From contig JAAOMT010000003.1 in the NCBI GenBank assembly GCA_016748015.1, forward strand, positions 686,373 to 750,372: 64,000 bases of DNA. The letters run 5' to 3'. The first letter of the stretch is position 1; each line of letters begins with the position of its first letter. This DNA is from Geosiphon pyriformis uo1 (lineage: Eukaryota; Fungi; Glomeromycota). Of the stretch, positions 1 to 12,100 are shown piece after piece. Made by a program: the position numbers and the translations under genes. A model generated the notes under the pieces. It was given only the letters and a program-made list of their open reading frames with translations, was not told the DNA's origin and searched no databases.

Positions 1-300
1 CGATGGTTAGTATGAATTGTCGTTGGAATCACAGGTAAATTCATTGTCGCAGAGGATGACGTCGAATCTCCTGTATTCGATAAAGCTTCAACGTTCATCC
101 CTAATGACCTTGGATTTTTCAAGTTAAGTAGACCTTTATCGTGATTTTCCAAGCACTTCAAGTGATTTGAAATGACAATTTCCCACTTGGTTTTTCGAGT
201 GCAAATCTCCAGATTAAATTCCTTATCCGGAGTCTTACCTATTCATCGAGCGTGCTCTTTGGGCTCGCGTGAGAGTCATCCCCTTCTGGCAGAGGTCAAA
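1..300 (-). CDS. possible partial intron-containing gene running off the window start, unknown product
   Basis: CpG-retaining, gene-like composition. Open minus frame over ~1-155 (CLENHDKGLLNLKNPRSLGMNVEALSNTGDSTSSS...) after an AG, and a GTAAGA donor near 239. No recognisable domain. Confidence 0.3.
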
Positions 301-800
301 AGCTAAGATAACAGAACAATCAAGGCTTTTCTTCCCAGAAAAGATGATTTATATTTTTCTATAAAATGAGGCGTTGGCCTTTTATATATCATGCATCTTT
401 GGGTATCAAACCATTTTAAAATGAAGTTGATGATGAGTCTGATAGTTTTGCCGCCATTTTAATATTATCTATCGACATACGATTGATCATTATAAATGTC
501 TAATGTCTCTCTTCTTTATTGTTAATTAGAGGACCAGTAATTATCACGATCTCTTTTCCCACCATTGTTTTTATTGCTGCAGTAATAGTTTACTGCCTGA
601 TAGAGCCAAAATGCCATTATGCCATAGTGATTCTTCACCCAAGAGTAAATTTGAGTATATCATATTGTCACACAAAAATACACAAAAACTAGTATAACCC
701 GATCAAAAGCTTTAAAAATTAAAAAAATATATTTTTAAGGATTATCAAATTTTCCCTTTTGGAAAATAATAAGCCAAAGCTCGAATTTATCTTTGTAGTG

Positions 801-2725
801 ATGAATCGTACACCAACAGCTCTCATTAGAACAAAAGGCCGTTCGTACTTTCGAATAGTATACTCGCGTTTTTACGCTAGTCTATCGTATAATAGTCTTA
901 AAAACTCTCAAACAATTGACATCTCAACTACTAAAAGACCAACAGAGGAGGTAAAGAAAGAAGACAAAGAAGTGAAGCTTCAAGCCGAAAGCGTTATTAC
1001 TTCTATTTCTGCAGGTTAGTTATCCTATCGCTCAAAATTCCGCTCTGCTCTTGGAGCAGGTGTGCTTTTCACTTTTAGGTTTAACTTTGACCTGTTTTGA
1101 TAAAAGGAATCAATAATGCTTCATGGATCACGCATCCTCCTACTATCTCAGATCCTATATTTGAAATTATGGCTCCAGGAAGTTTAGGGGCCATGCTCTT
1201 GGTAAAGCTGCCTCCAAAATCAGAGATTTACACGACCCCTGGGACCGCCGTTGTCGTCTCAAGCAAAGTGTGATTTTTTTATATTCGCCTTCATTTCGAT
1301 CAATCCTGTTCAAATAGGTAAATCATTGATTTGATTGGTCGTTCTGCTGTTGACGTAATCCAAGGTAATAGCAGAACGCACGACAGATGGAAATATTGTG
1401 ATCGCAATTGGTCGCAAGCTGGCGGGTGGTCAACTCGTTTATCATAAGGTAAGTATTTATTTTATTGGAGTTAAATGGTTTTCTTGGTGATTTACCTCAG
1501 TTGGGATTAGGTACTTGTGAGCCAATCAAAAAAGTTAATATAAATGGTGTAGTTTACTACCCAATCAGATTCTGGTGATGTTTTAATTAGCCCGAGTTCG
1601 TTGTCTGACATTGTGGCTATTCACATGGATGGAAGGTCAGAATATTATGTAAAAAAAGGTTCTTTTTTAGCAAGAGGCCCACGAGTTACGCTTAGAATTG
1701 GTGGTGTATCGGGAATGGTATGACTTGAAAGTGATTGGATATTTTTGCTACACCATAACTAACAAGACATTCCATATCTTGACAGGGTGTGCTGAAATCA
1801 TTTGCGTATCGCGTCACTGGTAGAGGAACCTTAGTAATCTCAAATTATGGAGCCATTCATCGACTAGTACTAAATGCCGGAGATGAATATTTAGTAAATC
1901 CCAAGTATTTATTGGGGCTTTGATCAGGCTTACATTTAAATTTAAACGTTTCACCGTGAAATATGCATCTAGGCACCTTATCGCCTGGGACGCTCTTACC
2001 CATCCATCCATATCATTACCTTTGATAAACTCACCACCAAGCCATGCAAGGACCATTGCAAAAAATATTGCCTCAAAAATTTCGAGAAGCACCCCAACGG
2101 TAATTGACAATATAAGAAACAGCCCATCAGTTAAGCCAACTTTAGAAATAATTGAACGTTTATCCGTACGAACAAGGAAATGGCTTTTTGGTGGACCGGT
2201 AATATGCTTACATATATCTTTAATAATGGTGTTCGCTACTATAGCTCACCCTTCCTATAATGACATTGCTTTTTTCTTGCAAATATAGGAATATTTAAAA
2301 TTGATTGGTCCAGGGGATTTTTATTTAGCTAGTCGCGTTGCACCTGTTTTAGGAGGTCTTAAAGTGTGAGTACTGTTATTGAGAAGTTCTATTTGTTTAT
2401 TGGTCAGATTCAACTAACCATTAACTTTGTGATATAAAATTCCAGATTTACTTCTCCATCAATAGAAGAAATTGACGCAACACAAACAAAATTGACCCCT
2501 CCATCCACAGCTCCTCGCCCACGACAACCATTCGAACCACCTAGAATGATCTATGCTCTTGTTAACGATAAGGGAAATGTCTCCTTCGCAGATCCTGGAT
2601 TAAGTGACATCACTTTATTGCCTCCACTGGGCCCAGAAAACGAAAGGTCGATTATTAATAGAATTATTAATGGATTATTACGAATGAAGAAACTGCTCTT
2701 TGGTGGCAGTAATCCCTCGAAATAA
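801..2725 (+). CDS. AIM24: AIM24-family mitochondrial protein, multi-exon
   Basis: ATG 801 with an R/S-rich presequence-like N-terminus. Joined exons give ...MLLVKLPPKSEIYTTPGTAV..., GDVLISPSSLSDIVAIHMDGRSEYYVKKGSFLA, VTGRGTLVISNYGAIHRLVLNAGDEYLVNPKHLIAWD, EYLKLIGPGDFYLASR. GT-AG introns; stop 2725. Confidence 0.85.
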
Positions 2726-2888
2726 CAAGAGGAACAAGGAATAGGGTTGGCTATAAATGACACATTTTGAACACTAGTTATATCTTTTTCATAACAAATT
2801 GGTCATCTGTGTGAATTTTAAAAAATGTATCTACCGTCTTTTTTTATTTTTTGTAAATGATTGAACTCCAAGTTTGAAATAACTATGA

Positions 2889-3761
2889 TTAGACCTTTTT
2901 TATTTGCCATGAATTGATTGTGTCATCGTAAGTCCAAGTTGTATGCGAACTTGGATTCAGCCGAAAGTAATCGACAAAATCCACTTTCAAGACCACCAAC
3001 GCAAAATTTTCCAACGCTGCTTTTATATTCTCTTCCTGCTCCTCATTTTCTCCTATGGGTGGTAGTTTCTCGGGATAATTGCCGTGTTCAGCTAACATTC
3101 CAGTGAGAAAAGACGCCCGTAAAACATCAGACATCCGGAACCAGACTTGTAATCGTTCCGCCTCCCAGTCAAATTTGGGGTTGGAGGGCGAGAAAAATTG
3201 ATTTGCAAGTTTCACATCGGGAAACTGTGAGCGTCGTGCATGTTTAGGATGTGGAAGCACAAATGCATCACCAGATAAACGAAATTGGTCCTCGGTACCA
3301 TTAAACCACCTTTGTGAATGTACAATTAACCGTTAAAAGAATCAGGGAAGATCAAGTAGCCCTGGTAGTCTAACACAAAAATCCCCACTTGCCATGCAAT
3401 TTCGAATCCTGGATTTTTATAAAGTTGTTGAACTTTTTGCGATCTGATGTTGGTGGAAAAAACTAACAAGGTGCTTTCAAGGGGTTCAGAAACAATTGGT
3501 GACTTTATATTATGAGAAGTGTTCTTTTCGCCTGCAAACCCGCGAAACACTACAGTTCTATTGGCTGGTCTTTGAGTTGTTGTATTGAAAGTAGAAAACT
3601 GGAAATATGCTATTTTATGACAATAAATTCCAGGTGGGCACAGCAAGAACCATACCCGAAAAATAAACAAATAAAAACTTGCTACCTGCTTGTCTGTTTC
3701 GCTTTAAATTTTCATTTAAAGTGGCTTCTAAAATAGGCTTCCAAGGAGCTTTTGCAGCCAT
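2889..3761 (-). CDS. pyridoxamine 5'-phosphate oxidase-like FMN-binding protein (3 exons)
   Basis: MAAKAPWKPILEATL... / AYFQFSTFNTTTQRPANRTVVFRGF...FSTNIRSQKVQQL..NPGFEIAW / WFNGTEDQFRLSG...NFALVVLKVDFVDYFRLNP. Intron 2 (3310-3392) is GC-AG. Confidence 0.85.
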
Positions 3762-3959
3762 AGGAAAGGTAAAACAACTCAATATTAAGTGGCAAGAATT
3801 GCTTATAGTACCAGTTTTTTTAAACCCAATTTATCAGGAGTGATCTTTGAATATTAATATTATTGATTTTTTCTGGTTTGCTAAAGCTTAATATTAAGAT
3901 TTTTGTTAATAGATTTATCAAATTAATATTTTATGTTAAAATTTTAGTTTTATTTTGTT

Positions 3960-6833
3960 TTTTTACTATTATATTTAAGAATTGTTTATTTTGGTACAAT
4001 TTATAATTAAGCCAATAAGTTTTATTATTATTATTATTTATTTAATATATAAAGTCAAAACTAAAAATTTCAGTTAGACATAATTTACATTCTTTTTATA
4101 TGTGATCAGTCATTCAGACCAGTTAAGACAATACTAAGCCTCTATATGAACTGTTGCTATACTACCAAGATTAGAAAAAAACAAACATGGTTTATAAAAA
4201 CCAAAGCTAATTTCAAAAGACTCATTAACACTAAACAAATAAATTATGTTATCTAATAAACCTAATACTAAATAATAAGCCACAATTGGCACTATTCTGA
4301 AATCATTAACCAAACTGTTCTTTTTTATATCCATCTGGTATTTAGACTTAAGTTTTCACAACTTAAAATGATATTATTCCTCCAAATTATACATAAAATT
4401 AACCAGAATTTGGACAGCTTTTTTTTGGTTATCAAATATCTGTACAGTCTTACTATATTAATTTACAAGCATAAAGCTCTTACAAAAAAAAGCATATTGG
4501 CCAATATTAAATATACAAAAAAAAATTCCATGATTATGGAAGGCAACAAAATACAAGATTCAGTTAGAGACTTTCAAACCATAATTCACTCAATTAAAAT
4601 CTTTTTATGAGAATTAGATTTCTTAAAACAGATAAATACATGATCAGAAAATTCAATCTTTTTATACTGTAAACACAAAACACCTGGATATTTTTTATTA
4701 TAAAGCTTTTTCTTGACAATAATAGACAGTCTTTCATATACTACTTTTATAAAATATATACACAAACCAACCAAAGTCTTATTTATTAAGTCCACTAATA
4801 TATGCAAATTTAAATGCCAAACTGCAGCAGTCTGAATTCAATTAATCTTACAATTTAATAAGACACCTAATACTCTAGAACCAGAACTATTTTCTCAATA
4901 GATACAATCTACTAACCTATATATGTTCCTGATAAAATAACAAATATTACCAAACACTGGCAAATTATTAGCCTTGACAAAACATTTGTATACATTGTTA
5001 AACAATGACAAGAAAAAATAAGTAGCCTTACTTGCCAAAGCATTTACATAAATATTACTTAAGATGTCCAAATGTTTTTTGATTTTTGACCAAACTACTA
5101 ACAGATTTTTGTTATTAACCAAATTTACAATATGGCTTCTTTTTATTTAGCAACAATTATGAAAGTTAGAATTCAATATATCTAATTCCAAGACACATAC
5201 ATTTATGGTTGTCTGATTATTCAAATACACAACCATAGTATAAAAAAAAGATACATATTCCAAAGCAAAAGCCATAGCCTGTAATTCAGCCATTATTAAC
5301 AATAGCAAACCATTAATCTTAATACTAAGACCCAAATCAACTTTCAGAAAATATGCAGCAGCCCTACTAGTCACAGCAAAAGAACTCAGCTCTTTCAAAG
5401 AGCCATTTGTGTAAATATTAAACTTATTTAACCAGACTTCAAAAACTGAACTAAAGACAAAACACTACTATTTATTAGGGCAGAATCCAAAAAAAAAAAG
5501 CAAACCTAGCATCATGCAAAAATTTAGAAGCCAAAACAAATCAAAAAAGCACCAGTTTCTTAGAATCTAGTTTTTTCTATTAATAAAAAGTTTTCCAATT
5601 CATAATTACATTTCACTTATCTTAAAATCTATTACAAAAAGCCATATTAAATCATTTCAAAGAACCAACTTTTTTATAATACAAAGAAGTCTCTAAAACA
5701 CTTAATATAGGAAACTTGCTAAAACTATGAAATATACAAGACAAAATATTTGCTAATAAAAGACTATTGTCCAAAAAAATACAGATCACACTAGCCAAAA
5801 AATTGTTAGAAAGATTAACATGCAATTTTACAGAATGCTACAAAAAATTTAAAAGGGCTCAGCCCAAAATTTGCAAATCCAAAAACCTGTACTTAAAAAG
5901 CTAACCAAGAATTTTAAAAGCATTAGCAAACACAACAGCAGAAACAACCTTCCTTTTTATCTGAATTTGTTTAAAAGTCTTTAGACTATATAATAAAAAA
6001 TAATACAATACTTTATTTGGAAAATTTTAGGGCAAACTAGTCTTCAATTTAAGATCTTTCTTAATTAAAACATATTACTAATAATAAACTACTAGAAAAA
6101 TGAAACTGAACTGTGAATAATAATTGATAATAGGTTATAAAACAGCCAAAACCAAATATAAGAACTGTTTATTTGTGATAGTCTTCTTTAAGACCATGTT
6201 AAAAAAAAATTTGATATCAGATCAAGTCTTAACCAAACTGAACTTGGATATTTTAACAGTAGATAAAAAATTCCCAAATATCTGTGCAGTATACTACTTC
6301 TGAAAATTGAAATAGGCAACCCACTAATTTTCAAAAAGACATTTTTAATCTTTTAGTTAATAAGAATAGTCACTATCTTATCATTGTTAATTAAAATATT
6401 ATTGATTAAGAAAAATTTATTGGCAATGTTTAATATATACTGAGTAGCAGTTTGGCTATTTTAACCCAAATAGTATTATCAATAAAAACACCAGCCACAA
6501 AAAACAAAATTATTTCTTTTATGTTTTCTACTCTTTTTGTTTTAGCCAAAAATTTAGTATTAATTTAGTATTTACATAAACATTTTTGTCTTTTAATTTT
6601 ACACAAAAATAGGTCATAGAAAATTTTTCAAAAAAGAGGAAAGAACACTTTATTTTGATTGAGTTTATTATGTATCTAATAATTATCTATAAGATCAAAG
6701 TCTATTATAATTTTATTCAATTTATTCTTATAAATACTACCAAAAAAACTAATAAATCTCTCACACATTTTAATATGCTGCAAATTAGCTCTCAAATAAT
6801 GCCAACCAATCAAGTTATATGTTTTGTGCATGT
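3960..6833 (-). mobile_element. non-LTR retrotransposon (LINE) relic 1: RT C-half, RNase H, CCHC, 3' tail; cut at 6833 by gypsy B insertion
   Basis: Decayed RT motifs near 6830 (..KAYD..) and 6480 (GVFIDNTIW ~ F-x-D-D). RNase H YTNGS...AAAYF...AELQAMAFAL at 5150-5420. C-x2-(C)-x5-DHVFIC at ~4640-4700. ORF2 stop 4134. The 3' boundary is approximate. Confidence 0.8.
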
Positions 6834-7548
6834 TATTATTTATAGAATATAGAAATTATATATTAGTATACAAATTAGCCAATTAGAATGAGACGCAGTA
6901 AAAGTAGAATTCCAGAATTCCTCTTAGAAAAATTGCAGAATTTCAGAATTACAGAATTCTAGTAAGAAAAATTGCAGGATTTCAGAATTTCAGGATTTCT
7001 GGCTAAAAAATTGAGAAATTCAAGAAATTTTATATAACAAAAATTATATATATATAGTGATAGTGTTAAAAACAAAAAAAAAAATTCTCAAGTTGGAATC
7101 CTTAATCTTAGAATACCCAGTTTTAATTTTCTATGTATTTCTTTATATAATAATATTTTATGTCTTGGCTTATTTCTTCATTTTTTATTTTATTTTTATT
7201 TTATTTTTTTTTGCTGTTAATTTACTAATTGATTAAAAAAATTAACACATGAGATATTGATGTCAAGATATAACTCTACTAAAAGATCCAGGAATAAGGA
7301 TAGATACTCATAATTAAGGATAGCTTATCAGAAGATTGCTGGCCACCAAGCTGAGAAAAGAATTGACAGAATTGCAATTCTGGAAAACTACTAAAACACA
7401 ACTATTGAATCTCTATCTATTATACAAAAAACTTTACCAAAACCTTCAGATTACCAAAATTTTCTAATATTACCAATTAAAGCAGCTATTAAGTACCAAG
7501 TTATGAATTTGTTATTTGATTTGAGATTTCAAATAATTATTTATAACA
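6834..7548 (+). repeat. 5' LTR of family B
   Basis: Ends ...TATAACA followed by PBS. GAATTCC-type U3 repeats, TATA at ~7045. Homologous to 19898-20665, 21621-23598 and 36007-36924. Confidence 0.85.
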
Positions 7549-8097
7549 TTTAGTGCTTCCTGTAAGGTATAATTTTACAGAGAACCAGCACCAACAACAA
7601 CCATTTAAAAATGACAGAATCAGAAAAAAGAGAAACAAACTATTTAGAATTCACCAAATTCCTATTTCAGTACTTCTGTTAATACTTAAGATTAACCAAC
7701 AATCAACTATCAGTGAAATCAGTCTTCAACTTTTATGTTACTAAAAGAATTAAATATTTCCTAAGAGAACCAGTAAATACAGAATTAACAAGAAAAAATT
7801 TCTATAATGAATTAATTTAATATACCAGTTTATCATTAAACTACAACTTTATACCAATTATCACTAAAATCAACATAAAAATTGAAAATTACATCCAATA
7901 AACATTTTCTATTACCTATATAAAAAAAGGCAAAAAAATATTACAAACACCAGCAGAAACCCCAAAACAAATACAATTATCTACTTGGAAAAAACAGAAA
8001 ATTGATTTACCAACTAATTTATTCTATTATTACATACCTGAAAGTATTATTAATATAATATCAATAAGCATGTTCACAGCAAACATAACAACCTCGT

Positions 8098-9075
8098 TGT
8101 TACCAGTAAAATTTTAGCTATTAATTAGCATGAAATTACTCTTATAATTCCTATAATTAATTAATATATTAATATCATTTCAAATTATCATTTATTATTT
8201 AATCAATTATCACATATCACGATTCAATTAAATAATCCAATTAGTATAACAAAAAGTAGGATGATCAAATTACACAATACTCTGAACTTTGTAACATTCA
8301 AAAATTCGCCAAAATTTACAGAAATTCGCCGAAATTTATAGAAATTCGCCGAAATTATGAATAGTTCACCCAAATTAATTAATAGTTCAGCAAAATAACT
8401 TGTAGTCCATCAAAATGTATCTTTAGTTCACCGAAATTTGAGCAAAGAAAAAAAGTGCAAGTTCATAAACTAGTACTACAACAAGTTGTATAAAAGAAGA
8501 GCTTTTTTTTTCAAGAAAATGTATCTTACTTTAGATTTATCACTTAGAACCATTCCTACACACACAAAGAGAAATAAATATCAAATAATTCGAAAAACCA
8601 AATTTTTTAAATTATTGCACTTGGAAAATCCCCAAAACCCAATTAACATTTTGAAATTAATTAGCTACCAATTTCAGTAAACTGTTAGTGACTTCAGGCC
8701 TGGATAGAAAACGTTTCCCTTGACAAAATTCTATTTCTTTTATATTTCTTTATTTTTCTTTTCTTTTCTTATTACTATCATTAGGGTAGCCTACAGACAA
8801 GATTCCTGTAGAAGAGTTAACTTTCACAGCAAAGTAACTACACATTTTTAGTAAGCTTCCAGACGAGCAATTCCTGGAAAAGAGTTGATGTTTACTACAA
8901 TGTAACTGGCATGGAATTGGCCATTCCACTTATAAGCCCAGCAGTTCAAATTATAGGAGATAATTTGAAGATAAATTCAGTTATTGGAGGTTCAACTACT
9001 TCTAGAAAACGTGAATTTGCAACCAACAGACATTTACAACATTCAAGAAAAGAGACCAAAAAATCTCTGGTAACA
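8098..9075 (+). repeat. 5' LTR of A1
   Basis: Near-identical to 16046-17051. U3 ~20-bp repeats GAAATTCGCCGAAATTTA at 8300-8360, TATAAAA 8488, AATAAA 8573, long U5 with T-rich tract and hairpins. Confidence 0.95.
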
Positions 9076-9120
9076 TTTAGTGCTTTCTCACAGAAATAAC
9101 ACAGCAACAACAAATTCAAA

Positions 9121-12100
9121 GTAGTGATCACACCAAACACAGCAACTCTAGAGTATTACCAGTCAATTTACACCCACTGCAAGCAAAGATTCAACATTCC
9201 AGACGGAATTGAAGTTGTCAAGAAATCAGTATACCAATACATTGAAAACCACATCAACAATTATCTTTTTGGAAACTACAATATTTCAGAAGTCAGAAGC
9301 AATCTCTACAATAATTTAGTGTACTATTTACGATTGGGAACAGAAAACCTAAACAGTGAAACACTTTGCTACCTACTTCCAAGAACTTAATTTTAACATT
9401 ATTGAGTATTGTGAAAAAAAATACCCAGTACAGTCTCAATACTCTATTGACTTTGAATCAGAGACAAAAACAAGCAACAAAGGCAAATAAAGATTGAAAC
9501 AATACTCAAGAACCACTCCAAACACTCCAACACTACAAAAAACAACTGCCAAACACTTGCAAACACCTGAACAAGGAACCAGTGTCAAATTACCACTTTC
9601 TATTACACCATTTCCAATTTCACTTGTTCAATCACAAACACCAAATTCACCACTCAACCACTTCTCCAGACCAGAAGATTTTCAGTTACCTAGAAATTCT
9701 ACTCAACAGCAAGAACCAATATCAACAAGTGCCAATATCATTGATTACTTACAAGAAAATGAAAGTAATTATTCAGAAAGCTTAGAAAGTAAAGAAACTG
9801 AATCAGAACCAGAAGAAATTACAGAAAACAAAGAAAAAATGGCAATTGCTTACATTGCAAAAATTTTAGAATTCACTGGTGAAAACAATGATATCAGTCC
9901 TCAAGAATGACTTAACAAAGTTCAAAAAGCAGAAGATGCAAATGGTTGGATTGCAACAAGAATGCTCAAAGCAATTCCCTACTTTCTCCAAGGAACAGCA
10001 GGAGAATGGTTTGAAAATTTAGAAGAACCATTTGAGAATTGGCAAGCATTCAAAGATGCTTTCTTACAACAATTCACTGACAACAACACCTCTATCACTC
10101 TCTGCAATTGCTTTCGCAATATCAAACAAGAAACATCTGAAACTGTCATAACCTATCTTGGAAGATTTAACAAACTTCTCAGACGAATTTAACAATTAAA
10201 AACCAATGACTACTATTCAGATGCCCAAATTCTGGATTAGTTTATAGCAAAATTAAAAGACAAACTGATTAAGAAAGTCTGCCCACATGCTCCAGCAGAC
10301 TTAGCAACTGCCATTAAACATGCAAAAAGCTATGAAATAGCAATGGAAGAAGCAAATCATACCAAGCTTGTAAATCTTGCAATTGGAGAAACCAGCTCAG
10401 CAGCTGAAGAAAAGATAAACCAACTCACAAAGAAGGTTGAAAGCTATTTTACAAACCAACAACAACAGCAGCAACAACCACAAAGATATCAACCACCACA
10501 ATGATGCAACCAAAACAATTTTGGATCACTCTCCAACAACCAATCTCAAAATTGTCATTATTGTGGAATTCTAGGACACTGGAAACGAGATTACAGAAAA
10601 TTGCAAAGAGACCAATAAAACAGAAGTAATCAACATTATTTTTCATCACAACAATATTATTACCAATCTCTACCACCAACTTATTATTTACCAAGACCAC
10701 AAAATCAAAACAGTTACTATCTACTAGCTCCACAATCAATGCAGCAACAATATTAACAACTTTTATCAATTCAGTCATATTAGACACCACTCACTCAACA
10801 ATATCAAGTACTAGCAAGAAGATTGGTTCAACATAACCAATTCACATCCCAAAATCAATTGCAGAGTAACAACAACAAAATCAATTCAAATAACCAGTTG
10901 GTTCCCCGAAATTCTGGTCAGCAAAGACCCAATCACTATCACACTCAATCCAGTTATCTTACAATACCAGAGGAATCGGATTTTCAACAAACTGCACTTT
11001 CTGAAGATAAAGTTGCAGCACCAAGATCAAATTCTTCCAACCATACCATTCTACTAGCTCAAATTGCCCAAAATGCCAATCTGTCAGATATATTTCCATT
11101 TGAATTTGAAACAAATAAATCACTATTTCTGCTTAGTAATGCAGCAGTCAATGAACAGAAAGCACTTACTGCTATGTATACAGAAGCTACAGTGGAAGAA
11201 AACTCATTTACTTAATCTTAGATAGTGGATTGGCTGGAAGTATTATTACTTACCAGTTGATGCAACAACTCAAACAAAATGTAGACAAACCAGCTCAAAC
11301 AGTTATTGTCATAGCTAATGGTATAAAGAAGACTCCAGTAGGAGAAATTGATGATTTCCCCTTTACAATTAATGGAATCACCATTCCAGTTAAAGTTTTT
11401 GTTATGAATGTACCCCAATACTAAGCTCTAATCGAAAATAATTGGCTTCTCAAGGCCAATGTAAACCTGAACTGGGAAACTCAAGAACTTAAAATCTCAT
11501 ACCAAAGACAATATACTATAGTACCTGCAATCTGTAGTACCTTTAACAAATAATCAGAAAAAGCTTCAGTATTTGAATTTGAAGAAGAGAAGGAAATGCC
11601 ACTCACTGAAACCTACATGGCTCTTGGATTACCATCCAATTGGGTTGAGGAAACAGAACAAGAGATTTTTAAAAAATCAAGAGGATGGAAGAAAGTTAGA
11701 TATTTCACACCAGAACCACGAAAAGAACCACCATACATTCCACTAAAATGCAAAGATTGCAAAAAAAAGCTTTCATCTATGGGAGTCTGTATTTCCTCAG
11801 AAGAGGAATACAAAACTCATACTTGTTACTTCTGCAAGGCATGCCATAGAGAATGATTTGAATTCCCAAAGAGAAGTAGAAAATGGGACAAAACTTCTTG
11901 CCTTACTTGTGGAGAAAGACTACCAGAAGAATGCAATTGGATTGATGTAGCAATGAGAGAAAAAGTATGTGATCAGACTTGTCAATATGTTTTATCAATT
12001 TCGGAAAAAGTCAGAAGAAGAACACCATTTGATGCAGCATACAACAGTGCTCTCAATAAACTTTACCACTACCCTCATAATGCTGAAATGATTTTTGACT

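Noticed and set aside
8300-8360. CRISPR-like or satellite arrays (also 6900-7030, 22480-22690)
   Set aside because: Short degenerate tandem units inside LTR U3 with no unique spacers.
8850-8990. Self-cleaving ribozyme (hammerhead, twister, pistol, hairpin) in U5
   Set aside because: Hairpins are present but I could not find the catalytic core consensus with the required stems.
8911-9099. LTR-encoded ORF MELAIPLISP... as the Gag N-terminus
   Set aside because: The ATG is ACG in the 3' LTR and ACA in A3, i.e. a CpG decay product. The ORF is in frame with gag in A1 but not in A3.
11190-11225. Programmed gag/pro frameshift
   Set aside because: A3 reads through in one frame. The shifts at ~9365, ~11200, ~14115, ~15000 and ~63090 are copy-specific indels.
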